A stretch of 59,330 nucleotides of DNA, filler included, from 3 parts of 3 records of this genome joined end to end with filler, not necessarily neighbours in it; one strand, 5' to 3'. Counted from the first letter of the whole stretch, positions 9,549-19,268 are shown. The notes: a model not told the origin generated them from the letters alone. Made by a program: numbers and translations.

Positions 9549-9914
9549 CTAAAAGATTTTGGGCACGTAAATGATCAAACCAACAATGCTTGCCAAGACC
9601 GATACTATCATAACGGCTCCTGCGGAAATATCTTTTATCAAACCGATTTTGGGGTCTAAATTGGGTTGAATATAGTCGCATATTTTTTCAATGGAGGTAT
9701 TCACACCTTCCACTCCCATGACCAAACCAATAGCCAACAGTTGGAGAATCCATTCGGTATTAGAAATTTCAAAATAAAAGCCGAAGGCGGTAACAATCAA
9801 TGCGATAAAGAACTGAATCTTGATACTGGACTCGGTCCGTAATAAAAGAAACATGCCCTTTAGGGCATATCCCACACTTTTGATCCTGTTCCGTAAAAAA
9901 GATTCCTTAGGCAT
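9549..9914 (-). CDS. dgkA: Prokaryotic diacylglycerol/undecaprenol kinase family
   Basis: EGVNTSIEKICD and KDISAGAV motifs, three TM helices. Confidence 0.88.
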   Translation of the reverse strand: MPKESFLRNRIKSVGYALKGMFLLLRTESSIKIQFFIALIVTAFGFYFEISNTEWILQLLAIGLVMGVEGVNTSIEKICDYIQPNLDPKIGLIKDISAGAVMIVSVLASIVGLIIYVPKIF

Positions 9915-10413
9915 CCATCAATGCTTCAAGGGCGGCTTTATAGTTAGGTTCATCCACAGTTTCCGACACTTGTTCGGAATAGACTACTTCACCATTTTCG
10001 TCGACCACCACTACGGATCGTGATAGCAAACCTTGCAACGGTCCATCGGTAAATTCCACCTTATAGGATTTTCCAAAGTTGCCATCTCTAAAGTCGGATA
10101 GCGTCTCTACTTGATCGATTCCTTCAGCACCACAAAAGCGGGCCTGAGCGAAAGGCAAATCTTTAGAAATGCACAAAATCTTGGTGTTGCTCAATTCTGC
10201 CGCTTCTTGGTTGAATTGACGCACGGATTGGGCACAGGTGCCCGTATCTATACTTGGAAATATATTGAGAACCACTTTTTGACCCTTATAATCAGAAAGG
10301 GAGGTAGTGGAAAGGTCGTTTTTAACAAGCGTGAAACTTGGGGCCTGGGAACCATTTTCCGGTAGGTTGCCAAGTGTATGTATTTCATTTCCTTTTAGTG
10401 TTACAGTTGCCAT
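9907..10413 (-). CDS. tpx: Thiol peroxidase (Tpx)
   Basis: FPSIDTGTC and DLPFAQARFCG motifs. Confidence 0.95.
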   Translation of the reverse strand: MATVTLKGNEIHTLGNLPENGSQAPSFTLVKNDLSTTSLSDYKGQKVVLNIFPSIDTGTCAQSVRQFNQEAAELSNTKILCISKDLPFAQARFCGAEGIDQVETLSDFRDGNFGKSYKVEFTDGPLQGLLSRSVVVVDENGEVVYSEQVSETVDEPNYKAALEALMDA

Positions 10414-10445
10414 AGTAGTTGTTTTAATTTGGAACCAAAAATACT

Positions 10446-10480
10446 AAAAAAACCTTCCAGAAGTCTGTTACGGGAAGGTT
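10446..10480 (-). terminator. Intrinsic terminator of the prx-trx operon, next to the tpx -7 element (10436-10443)
   Basis: Minus strand reads AACCTTCC...GGAAGG-TTTTTTT, followed by TATTTTTG. Confidence 0.65.
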
Positions 10481-10508
10481 CTTATTTCAATGTTTTTTAC
10501 AATGTCCG

Positions 10509-10766
10509 TTACTTGTCTATTGAGCCAAGTACCCTTGACATAAAACCGTTGAGTGCTTCTTTTTTTGGAGTTCCATTCTTGATTTCTCCGGATACTTCCA
10601 AGGCTCCATAAATATTGGAGATCAACTCCCCGATCATATCCAGTTCCTCATCTTTTAAACTGGAAACCTCACAAACACTTTCAAGTGTATCGGCAGTTTC
10701 CTGCAAATAGTCCTCATCGTGCTCTTCGGCAAAATTGACCAGTTGTTTAATTATGGGCAACTTCAT
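10509..10766 (-). CDS. Small acidic helical protein (DUF6952-like) coupled to thioredoxin
   Basis: 85 aa, start overlaps the trx stop, MKLPIIK...GELISN...ALNGFM pattern. Confidence 0.75.
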   Translation of the reverse strand: MKLPIIKQLVNFAEEHDEDYLQETADTLESVCEVSSLKDEELDMIGELISNIYGALEVSGEIKNGTPKKEALNGFMSRVLGSIDK

Positions 10767-11061
10767 TGATCAAGTCTTTTAAAACATCATACTTATTGGT
10801 CTGCACCTGATTCTTTAGAGATCCTTTGGAAAAAGCAGCGAAGGTGGGCAAGTTGTCCACGTTGGCCAATTTTCTGGATTCCGGGAATTTTTCGGCATCG
10901 ACCATCACAAAGGTTATGTTCTCGTTCAAAGAGGCTTCCTTTTTAAACTTTGGCTTCATAATCCTACAGTTACCGCACCAAGATGCACTGTACTGCACCA
11001 CTACGTTATCATTGTCGGCAATGACCTCGCTTAAATTGTCTTTATCCAATTCTACGATCAT
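10747..11061 (-). CDS. Thioredoxin family protein
   Basis: WCGNC active site, cis-Pro LPTF, 104 aa. Confidence 0.9.
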   Translation of the reverse strand: MIVELDKDNLSEVIADNDNVVVQYSASWCGNCRIMKPKFKKEASLNENITFVMVDAEKFPESRKLANVDNLPTFAAFSKGSLKNQVQTNKYDVLKDLINEVAHN

Positions 11062-11066
11062 AGTGC

Positions 11067-11711
11067 TTAGTTTACGTGATTGGCCAAATACTCAGAAACA
11101 CCTGCTCTATCGGCATTCATGGCTTCTTTTCCTTCTTCCCAGTTGGCTGGGCAAACCTCTCCTTTTTCCTGAACGTGAGTGTAGGCATCTACCAAACGCA
11201 AAAATTCCTTCACGTTTCTACCCAATGGCATGTGGTTGATGCTTTCGTGGAATACGGTTCCTTCTTCATCAATTAAATACGTGGCTCTGTAGGTTACATT
11301 GTCACCTTCTACCACAACAGAGTTGGTTTCTTCGTTGTAGTCTTCTTTTGTGATATCCAAGATACCCAAAGCAGTTGCCAAGTTTCTGTTGCTGTCGGAG
11401 ATAAGTGGGTAAGAAACTCCCTCGATTCCACCATTGTCTTTTTCGGTGCTCAACCAAGCAAAATGCACTTCGGCAGTATCGCAAGAAGCTCCAATAACGA
11501 TGGTATTTCTTTTTTCGAACTCACTTAAGTTTTGTTGAAAGGCAAAAAGCTCCGTAGGACAAACAAAAGTGAAATCTTTTGGATACCAGAACAACAAAAC
11601 TTTCTTGTTTTCGGCTTTGGCTTTCTCTAAAATGTTGATTTTGAACGTATCGCCCAACTCGTCAATGGCGTTTACTTCAATGTTTGGAAATTTTCTTCCT
11701 ACTAATGTCAT
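11067..11711 (-). CDS. ahpC: 2-Cys peroxiredoxin (AhpC/Prx1)
   Basis: YPKDFTFVCPTE and GEVCPANW motifs. Confidence 0.92.
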   Translation of the reverse strand: MTLVGRKFPNIEVNAIDELGDTFKINILEKAKAENKKVLLFWYPKDFTFVCPTELFAFQQNLSEFEKRNTIVIGASCDTAEVHFAWLSTEKDNGGIEGVSYPLISDSNRNLATALGILDITKEDYNEETNSVVVEGDNVTYRATYLIDEEGTVFHESINHMPLGRNVKEFLRLVDAYTHVQEKGEVCPANWEEGKEAMNADRAGVSEYLANHVN

Positions 11712-11739
11712 TTATTGGATTTTTTTAGAATTCGAGTAG

Positions 11740-11814
11740 CAAAAATAGTGTGGTTTGACGGCTTTTGCCAGCTCGGAAATTACTTTTTCTTATGGTCTAA
11801 TAAGTCGTGACTAT
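11740..11814 (-). promoter_or_regulatory. Peroxiredoxin promoter: -7 element plus putative OxyR box
   Basis: TATTTTTG at 11740-11747. The minus strand at 11779-11814 reads ATAG-N7-TTAT-N6-ATAA-N7-TAAT. Confidence 0.55.
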
Positions 11815-11955
11815 GTCGTAAAAAAGCACCATCAATATTAAGGTAGTGACAAATTTGAGCCATCAAAAATGAGAACTCTGCAAAGAATCAGGTTTAATAA
11901 AAAAAACGGAATGAAAATTTATCTTAGTGAACGAATCAATCTAATAGACAAAAGT

Positions 11956-12032
11956 TGTCAGGTCGAGCGCAGTCGAGACCTAACTTAAAAATCTAAGTGT
12001 CCCATAACTTCTCGACTGCGCTCGAAGAGACA
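11956..12032. repeat. Inverted REP doublet (REPIN-like)
   Basis: TGTCAGGTCGAGCGCAGTCGAGA (11956-11978) and TCTCGACTGCGCTCGAAGAGACA (12010-12032) are inverted copies, 20/23 matching. Confidence 0.85.
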
Positions 12033-12063
12033 GGGTGTGATGATTGGTTGTGGTTCCTAAAAA

Positions 12064-13554
12064 TTATTCAGCCGTTGTTGTGGCCAATTGCTTGATCTTG
12101 ATTCTGAACGCAGCAAAAAGCAATGTCATAAACGGACTGAGCCAGTTAAAGATAGCATATAGTGCATATTCCCCAACACCTACACCCAAAACACTGCTGT
12201 GGTAGGCTCCACAAGTGTTCCAAGGCACCAATACGGAAGTTACCGTACCTGAATCTTCCAAAGTCCTACTTAGGTTTTCTGGGGCCAATCCACGTTCTTC
12301 ATAAGCTTTGGAAAACATTTTACCAGGAACTACGATGGCCAAATATTGGTCAGATGCAGTTACGTTCAATGCCAAACAGCTACCAACGGTACTGGCGAAC
12401 AACCCAAAGGTAGTCTTGGCCAATTTTAGAAGAGATTCAGTGATACGCTCCAGAGCACCGATGCCATCCATAATGCCTCCAAATACCATGGCGCAGACTA
12501 TTAACCAAATGGTGCCTAGCATGCCGGACATTCCTCCCGAGGAGAAAAGATCGTTAAGTGCAGGGTCGTCCGTGGCAATTGATGTATCAATCGTTATAGC
12601 GTTTAGGATTCCTTTGTAACCTGTTTCAAAATTTAAGGCTGCGCCTCCACCGATGTTGGCCACAATGTCTGGCTGAAAAATAAGCGCAAAAACACCACCT
12701 AACAGCGTACCAATCAAAAGCGCCATTAATGGCGGGGCCTTTTTTACGATCAAAGCAATTACAACCAATGGTACCAAGAACAACCATCCATTTATATTGA
12801 AGGTGGAGCCAATATTTTCTAGTAGTGAACTTGTATCGGCAACTCCTGAGGTATCAATCGTAAATCCAAGAATGATGAAAACAATCAAAGTCACCACGAT
12901 GGTCGGAACCGTAGTGTAGGTCATATAGCGAATGTGTGAAAACAAATCACCACCAGCCATTGCGGGGGCTAAATTTGTAGTATCGCTCAAAGGGGACATC
13001 TTATCTCCAAAATAGGCTCCTGAGAGTACAGCGCCGGCCGTCATGCCCAATGAAATGCCCAACGCATCGCCAATACCTATAAGTGCAATACCAACAGTCG
13101 CAGCCGTGGTCCAGCTACTTCCGGTAGCAATAGAGATAATCGCAGAAATAATGACACTGGCGGCCAAAAATATAGTGGGATTCAAAATTTGAAGACCGTA
13201 GTAGATCATCGCGGGAATAATACCGCTGACCAACCAAGTGCCCGAAAGTGCGCCGACCATCAACAAAATGAGCAAAGCTCCCGTAGTGGACCGAACATTC
13301 TCCGCTACTTCGGCAATCATTCTTTTATAGGAAACCTTATTGAAAATACCTACGATTGCGGCCACGGCACCACCCATCAACAAAATAAATTGGTTGGAAC
13401 CGCTTAGTGCTTCATCTCCAAAGACATAAACATTATATGCCAACATGGCGACCAGTGCAAGCACCGGAATCAATGCCTCCGCTATGGTCAAATTTTTATT
13501 TTCTACGATATTTTCATTTTCCCTAAACTTTGGTTTTTTCTTTCTGTCCGGCAT
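12064..13554 (-). CDS. nhaC: NhaC family Na+/H+ antiporter / amino-acid transporter
   Basis: TGSSWTT, SGAYFGDKMSPLSDTTNLA, LSRTLEDSGT and LVPWN motifs. Confidence 0.9.
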   Translation of the reverse strand: MPDRKKKPKFRENENIVENKNLTIAEALIPVLALVAMLAYNVYVFGDEALSGSNQFILLMGGAVAAIVGIFNKVSYKRMIAEVAENVRSTTGALLILLMVGALSGTWLVSGIIPAMIYYGLQILNPTIFLAASVIISAIISIATGSSWTTAATVGIALIGIGDALGISLGMTAGAVLSGAYFGDKMSPLSDTTNLAPAMAGGDLFSHIRYMTYTTVPTIVVTLIVFIILGFTIDTSGVADTSSLLENIGSTFNINGWLFLVPLVVIALIVKKAPPLMALLIGTLLGGVFALIFQPDIVANIGGGAALNFETGYKGILNAITIDTSIATDDPALNDLFSSGGMSGMLGTIWLIVCAMVFGGIMDGIGALERITESLLKLAKTTFGLFASTVGSCLALNVTASDQYLAIVVPGKMFSKAYEERGLAPENLSRTLEDSGTVTSVLVPWNTCGAYHSSVLGVGVGEYALYAIFNWLSPFMTLLFAAFRIKIKQLATTTAE

Positions 13555-13625
13555 TTGGTCTGAGTTTGTTAGAAGGTAATATTACGATTTTGCACTATGT
13601 TGTGCAAACAACGTCGGTTTACTTC

Positions 13626-14846
13626 TTAGGCCAAACTTGCATCCGGAGATAAAATACCTAGCTTGTCCATACACTCACGCATGGTGATGTATGTTTTATG
13701 GATATCGTTGTCCAATCCGATTGAAAAACGGATAAGTCCTTGGGAAAGACCCAGTTCTTTTTGTTCTTCTTCTGGAATTTCGGAAGAGGTTGAAGTTCCA
13801 GAAGCGCTGAACAAGGTTTTATAGAAACCAAGGCTTACTGCTAAATAGCCCAGTTTTTCTTTTTGCATAAGTTCCATTAAAGTATTGGCCCTTTCTACGG
13901 AACCAACATCTAGAGTGAGCATGCCGCCAAAGCCATATTCGCGGTTCATCTGGGATTTCATCAAGTCATGGCCAGAATGACTTTCCAAACCGGGGTATAC
14001 CACTTTTAAACCGTCTTTCTCAAATTGTTTGGCCAAGTAATGGGCATTTTCGCTATGTTTTTTAATACGGATATGCAGTGTTCGCATATTCTTAAGGATT
14101 GAAGCGGCCCGCAAACTGTCCAAAGTGCTTCCCAAGAGCATTCCAGCACCGTTGTTTACATCTTTTAAACTGAGACAAAAATCTGTTGTTCCACAAACCG
14201 CTCCAGCAACACAATCACTACTACCGTTGATGAATTTGGTAAGGCTGTGCACTACAATATCGGCTCCCAATTGTGCCGCATTTATCGTTAAAGGAGAAAA
14301 GGTGTTATCGACGACCAATGGCATCTCGTTCTTTTTAGCAATTTTGGATAGCGAAGGGATATCAGCAATTTCCAAGAGCGGATTGCTGATAGCCTCGCAA
14401 TAGATCATTTTGGTTTTTGGGGTGATGGATTTCTCGATCGTTTCCAAATCGGTAATATCTACAAAGGAAACATCAATATGGAACTTTTTCACGAAGTTCT
14501 TCAAGAAGGCGTAGGTACCCCCGTAAATGGTTCTACTACAAACAATATGGTCGCCCGAATCGCAGAGTTGAAGTATAACAGCAGTAATGGCGCCCATCCC
14601 GCTGGCGTATACATTGGCAGCTTCCGTTCCTTCCAGTTGTGCCATGGCTTCGCCCAAATATAGGTTGGAAGGGGAGGAGTGACGGCTGTACAGGTAGCAG
14701 CCTTCGGTATTCCCTTCAAAAGTATCGAACATGGTTTTTGCAGAAAGAAAAGTGTAAGTTGATGAATCTGATATAGAGGGGTTTACACCTCCGAATTCAC
14801 CAAAATATTGAAGGTCTTGAATGTGTTCTGATGCTTTATAGTCCAT
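13626..14846 (-). CDS. Cys/Met-metabolism PLP enzyme, probable methionine gamma-lyase
   Basis: YLYSRH, SGMGAI, VVDNTF, HSLTKFING (PLP lysine) and LAVSLG. The FGEFGGVNPSI N-terminus resembles plant-type MGL. Confidence 0.8.
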   Translation of the reverse strand: MDYKASEHIQDLQYFGEFGGVNPSISDSSTYTFLSAKTMFDTFEGNTEGCYLYSRHSSPSNLYLGEAMAQLEGTEAANVYASGMGAITAVILQLCDSGDHIVCSRTIYGGTYAFLKNFVKKFHIDVSFVDITDLETIEKSITPKTKMIYCEAISNPLLEIADIPSLSKIAKKNEMPLVVDNTFSPLTINAAQLGADIVVHSLTKFINGSSDCVAGAVCGTTDFCLSLKDVNNGAGMLLGSTLDSLRAASILKNMRTLHIRIKKHSENAHYLAKQFEKDGLKVVYPGLESHSGHDLMKSQMNREYGFGGMLTLDVGSVERANTLMELMQKEKLGYLAVSLGFYKTLFSASGTSTSSEIPEEEQKELGLSQGLIRFSIGLDNDIHKTYITMRECMDKLGILSPDASLA

Positions 14847-14996
14847 AATGTACCGTTTTTAGTAAAAATATAAATTGATAGACCCAAAATCAATAGATAT
14901 ATTTGAATAAGGAATATTTGTCCTAAATAATAAAATAATTAGGTAATTGTTCCATAAAATTGGAATTTAGCCTTTATAGTTAGAAAAATCGTCGGT

Positions 14997-15455
14997 ATGA
15001 AACTGGATAAAGTGGACATTGAGCTGCTGAGATTGCTCCAAGAAGATTGCAAAAAGACAACAAAGCAGTATGCAGATGCTTTGCATTTGTCCAAAACTGC
15101 GGTCTATGAGAGAATTCGTCGTCTGGAACGTAATGGGGTAATTACTCAATATGCTGCTTTGGTGGACAAAGAAAAAGTTGGGCGCGATTTTATGGTGCTC
15201 TGCCAAATACGGTTGGTACAGCATACCAAGGAGAACGTTCTAAAATTTGAACGCGAGGTATTACAGCTTCAAGAAGTCTCCGAATGCTTTCATGTAGGTG
15301 GGGATTACGATTATATTTTGAAAATATTTGTTGAGGACATGAAAAGTTATCGGGAGTTTATGGTGACCAAGCTCACCGCCATCGCCAATATCGGCAACAC
15401 GCAAAGCTCTTTTGTGATTAATGAAGTGAAGAATAGTCCTTCGGTGCATATTTAG
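14997..15455 (+). CDS. Lrp/AsnC family transcriptional regulator
   Basis: LDKVDIELLRLLQED HTH, ERIRRLERNGVI and ECFHVGGDYDY; divergent from the lyase. Confidence 0.93.
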   Translation: MKLDKVDIELLRLLQEDCKKTTKQYADALHLSKTAVYERIRRLERNGVITQYAALVDKEKVGRDFMVLCQIRLVQHTKENVLKFEREVLQLQEVSECFHVGGDYDYILKIFVEDMKSYREFMVTKLTAIANIGNTQSSFVINEVKNSPSVHI

Positions 15456-15457
15456 AA

Positions 15458-15702
15458 GTCAGAAATCAGTAGGCAGTATGCAGTCGACAAATTTCAAGCT
15501 CAAGAAAAAAATGTTCGAGCTATTCGTGTCGAAGCAGTGAAAAATGAACAATTATCCATTAACAGTCGACAATGAATAATAATCGAAGAATCTAGAATTA
15601 GATATGAGATGTGAGAACCTTTTCCTTTTTAACCTTCGCCATTAAACCCAAACCCTAAACCCCAAACCATCCAACCATCGAACAATCCAACATAATACAT
15701 TG
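15458..15702. repeat. Intergenic mosaic of short-period repeat modules
   Basis: Contains CAGTAGGCAGTATGCAGT, ATTCGTGTC, AATGAACAATT, TAGATATGAGATGTGAGA, AAACCCAAACCCTAAACCCCAAAC and CATCCAACCATCGAACAATCCAAC. Confidence 0.65.
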
Positions 15703-15786
15703 ATACTGTCCCGAAAAACATTTGTATTTTTACGGTTGTTTTTAAAAAACAAATCTTTTAGCAATTATCCTTACAAATAATATAAT

Positions 15787-17190
15787 ATGAATCAATATGA
15801 TGTAGCTATTATTGGCTCTGGACCTGGAGGCTACGTAGCAGCCATTCGATGTGCCCAACTGGGAATGAAAACGGCAATAATAGAAAAGTATTCCACTTTA
15901 GGAGGTACTTGCCTTAATGTAGGCTGTATCCCATCCAAAGCACTTTTGGACTCCTCGCACCATTACGAAGATGCCATAAAGCATTTCGAGGAGCACGGTA
16001 TCGATATTCCGGGAGAAGTAAAAGTAAACTTGGAGCAAATGATTGCCCGTAAACAAGGCGTAGTCGACCAAACCACCAAGGGCATTGAGTTTTTGATGAA
16101 CAAAAACAAAATTGATGTATACCAAGGCGTTGGGAGTTTCAAGGATGCCACGCACATCAATATTGCAAAAGAAGAAGGAGAAGAAACCATTGAAGCTAAG
16201 AACATTATCATAGCCACGGGTTCTAAACCTTCGTCTCTGCCATTTATTGATATTGATAAAGAACGTGTGATCACTTCCACGGAAGCCTTGAAACTTAAGG
16301 AAATTCCAAAGCACTTGATCGTTATCGGAGGTGGTGTAATTGGATTGGAATTGGGTCAGGTATACAAACGCCTGGGTGCAGATGTAACCGTTGTGGAGTA
16401 TATGGACCGAATTATCCCGGGAATGGATGGCGCTTTGTCCAAAGAACTCACTAAGGTGATGAAAAAGCAAAAGGTGAAGTTCAACCTATCCCACAAAGTT
16501 AAATCTGTGGAGCGTAAAGGTGATGAGGTAATTGTGAAAGCCGATGACAAAAAAGACAAGGAAGTGACCATTACAGGTGACTACTGCTTGGTAAGTGTGG
16601 GCCGTAAGCCTTATACCGAAGGATTAAATGCCGAAGCTGCTGGAGTAAAATTGGATGAAAGGGGTAGAATAGAGGTAAATGAGCACTTACAGACCAATGT
16701 TTCCAACATTTATGCTATTGGTGATGTGGTAAAAGGAGCTATGTTGGCACATAAAGCTGAGGAAGAGGGCACTATGGTCGCTGAAATATTGGCAGGTCAA
16801 AAACCACATATCGATTACAACCTGATTCCTGGAGTAGTTTACACTTGGCCAGAAGTTGCCGCTGTAGGTAAAACAGAAGAGCAATTGAAGGAAGAAGGTG
16901 TCGAGTACAAATCAGGTCAGTTTCCTATGCGTGCCCTGGGTAGAGCCCGAGCCAGTATGGATATTGATGGTTTTGTGAAAATTCTTGCCAATAAGAACAC
17001 GGATGAGGTATTGGGAGTACACATGATAGGTGCGAGATGCGCCGATTTAATTGCTGAAGGAGTGACTGCAATGGAATTTAGGGCATCGGCCGAGGATATT
17101 TCGCGTATGAGCCACGCACACCCTACCTTTGCGGAAGCTGTTAAGGAAGCTGCATTAGCTGCCACAGATGACAGGGCCTTGCATGTTTAA
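15787..17190 (+). CDS. lpdA: Dihydrolipoyl dehydrogenase
   Basis: GSGPGGY, GGTCLNVGCIPSK and HAHPTFAE motifs. Confidence 0.97.
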   Translation: MNQYDVAIIGSGPGGYVAAIRCAQLGMKTAIIEKYSTLGGTCLNVGCIPSKALLDSSHHYEDAIKHFEEHGIDIPGEVKVNLEQMIARKQGVVDQTTKGIEFLMNKNKIDVYQGVGSFKDATHINIAKEEGEETIEAKNIIIATGSKPSSLPFIDIDKERVITSTEALKLKEIPKHLIVIGGGVIGLELGQVYKRLGADVTVVEYMDRIIPGMDGALSKELTKVMKKQKVKFNLSHKVKSVERKGDEVIVKADDKKDKEVTITGDYCLVSVGRKPYTEGLNAEAAGVKLDERGRIEVNEHLQTNVSNIYAIGDVVKGAMLAHKAEEEGTMVAEILAGQKPHIDYNLIPGVVYTWPEVAAVGKTEEQLKEEGVEYKSGQFPMRALGRARASMDIDGFVKILANKNTDEVLGVHMIGARCADLIAEGVTAMEFRASAEDISRMSHAHPTFAEAVKEAALAATDDRALHV

Positions 17191-17221
17191 TTTACTTTTT
17201 GACAAGCATATAAAAAAATTC

Positions 17222-17342
17222 GTCAGTTCGAGTTTTTCCTTTAAGAAAAGTATCGAGAACTCAGGTTCCCATAATCATCGCTTACAAGTACAATGAGTTT
17301 CTGAAATACCTTGCTTGCCTGCCGGTAGGAATTCAGAATGAC
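17222..17342. repeat. Two REP-like palindromes, one interrupted by a CCTGCCGGTAGG element
   Basis: GTCAGTTCGAGT...GTATCGAGAAC (17222-17260) and TTCTGAAATA[21 nt]AATTCAGAATGAC (17299-17342). Confidence 0.75.
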
Positions 17343-17369
17343 GCGTTTCAATCATTTTTAGACAACTAC

Positions 17370-17402
17370 AAAGCATTCAATCGTAAGGTTGGATGCTTTT
17401 TT
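17370..17402 (+). terminator. Intrinsic terminator between the convergent lpdA and DUF1624 genes
   Basis: AAAGCATTCAATC-GTAA-GGTTGGATGC-TTTTTT. Confidence 0.7.
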
Positions 17403-18606
17403 AGCTTCTAACAGTGCGCAATATGCGCCTTAGGAAAAGTCGGGCCCTATTGAAAACCTCCCGTAGTATAGGAATGGAAATTTCTTTCAACTCAAAGAGT
17501 TGGATTTGTACATAAGAAACGCCCAAAGCCATTTGAGATTTGATGTTTGCTTCGTATTTGTTGTATTGGAGAGATAGGAATGTGCAAGCAATCATGAAAA
17601 ATACAGCGCCCGGAATCACAATTTCTGGAGAAAGGGAGTAATTGAAGAACCTGTACAGTCCCAAGCCAGTGAAACTTCCGTACAAAATAATAAAGTGAAT
17701 CACATAAATGGATAGTGTATTCGCCCCGATTTTTAAAACCGTTTTGTTCGTCATTAATTGGCGAAGTATCATAAACACGGCAAATACTACAAAAACATTC
17801 CCCAATCGGATAAACAGGTAATTGTTGTCTTGAATCATTTTGAATAATTCGATTCCAGTCAGTTCGTGGAAAAACAAAAATGTCGGAGACGAAAAGTAAC
17901 AAAGCCCTATTCCAGTTATAATTGCTAAGGAAATGGCAGCAGGGTAAAGATACTTGTAGTCTTTAAACCTTGTAAAAAGCACGGAGATGAAGGCTCCTAT
18001 GGCAGCGTAGCCAAACCAAGGAATTATCGTAAATACCGAACCGTTGGATTTGCTAAAGTAATTTTCAAGAGCGTTTGGCAAAAACGAAAAGGACCATTGT
18101 TTGTATAGTGGTTCAAATAAAAAGAGCAAAAAAGTGATGCTCATAAGCACCAGCGGAAACACATACTTTTTTCGTTTGGCGGTAAGTAAATAAAGAGTAA
18201 TTAAGCCCAATATGGAAAGTCCGATGCAATGGAGGACGTCCACTAAATAAAATGAACTGTAAATCTCACCCTTAAAGATGCCACCCAGATTCAACCGCAG
18301 CAAATAACCGATGGCAACCAACTGAAGTCCGCGACGAATTCCTTTGGAAACCCTTGGATTTTCCAAACCGTTTTGAGGAACCCGTATCAATAAATAAGTA
18401 AAGATAAACCCGGAAACGGTAAAAAATACAGGTGCCGTAATCCCACGAAAATAAAGCCAAACGTTGTAAATGGTGTTGCTGGAATCCCTAAAAACAGGAT
18501 CCAACAAACCATCTATAAAATGCCCTTGGAGCATCATCAGAATGGCCCACGCCCGCATAGCATCAATAAAAAATAGCCTGTTGTTCTTGGCAGTCATTTG
18601 GTTCAT
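17401..18606 (-). CDS. Membrane acyltransferase-like protein (DUF1624 / HGSNAT-like domain)
   Basis: RLFFIDAMRAWAILMMLQGH, VDVLHCIG and FTIIPWFGY motifs, multi-TM. Start at 18606 or 18597. Confidence 0.8.
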   Translation of the reverse strand: MNQMTAKNNRLFFIDAMRAWAILMMLQGHFIDGLLDPVFRDSSNTIYNVWLYFRGITAPVFFTVSGFIFTYLLIRVPQNGLENPRVSKGIRRGLQLVAIGYLLRLNLGGIFKGEIYSSFYLVDVLHCIGLSILGLITLYLLTAKRKKYVFPLVLMSITFLLFLFEPLYKQWSFSFLPNALENYFSKSNGSVFTIIPWFGYAAIGAFISVLFTRFKDYKYLYPAAISLAIITGIGLCYFSSPTFLFFHELTGIELFKMIQDNNYLFIRLGNVFVVFAVFMILRQLMTNKTVLKIGANTLSIYVIHFIILYGSFTGLGLYRFFNYSLSPEIVIPGAVFFMIACTFLSLQYNKYEANIKSQMALGVSYVQIQLFELKEISIPILREVFNRARLFLRRILRTVRS

Positions 18607-18727
18607 AATCACCCTATATACTTGTTTAGCAGGTAGTTTGGATGTTCTGCGCGTCAAAAATATACAAAATAGTCGCATGTCTGCCACAATCGGGGTATTT
18701 TAGCGAAACAATCGATCATTTTACGCT

Positions 18728-19261
18728 ATGGCCGCAATTTTGGCATTTGCCGGGAGCAATTCTTCCACTTCCATCAATTTTAGATTGGTGCAACTCACTA
18801 CTTCAATGTTGCAAGATCATGATGTCCAGACCCTAAATATGGCGGAACACCCTTTTCCGATGTATAGTGAAGACCATGAAAAGGAAAATGGATTTTCGGA
18901 ATCTTTGGTTGGGCTGAAAGCAAAAATCAACAAAGCGGAGGGACTAATTTTATCGGTTAACGAGCATAACGGAAATCCATCGGCCTATTTTAAAAATGTG
19001 CTGGACTGGCTCTCGCGATTGGATCGAAACTTTTTGGAGGGTACCAAGCTTTTGTTGATGTCCACTTCTGGAGGTAAAAGGGGAGCAAAAGGTGCTATGG
19101 CGGTTGTTGAAGTTATGCTGCCCAGGTTCGGAGCCGAGGTAGTAGCTACTTTTTCCTTACCCTCTTTTTATGATACCTTTACCGATACGGGCATTTTGGA
19201 TAAAGGTTTGAAAAAGGAACATCAAAAGGCCTTGGAATATTTCTTGAACTCTTTAAAATAA
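18728..19261 (+). CDS. NADPH-dependent FMN reductase
   Basis: AGSNSSTSIN, EHNG..SAYFKNVLDWLSR and STSGGKRGA motifs. Confidence 0.9.
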   Translation: MAAILAFAGSNSSTSINFRLVQLTTSMLQDHDVQTLNMAEHPFPMYSEDHEKENGFSESLVGLKAKINKAEGLILSVNEHNGNPSAYFKNVLDWLSRLDRNFLEGTKLLLMSTSGGKRGAKGAMAVVEVMLPRFGAEVVATFSLPSFYDTFTDTGILDKGLKKEHQKALEYFLNSLK

Positions 19262-19268
19262 ACACGTA

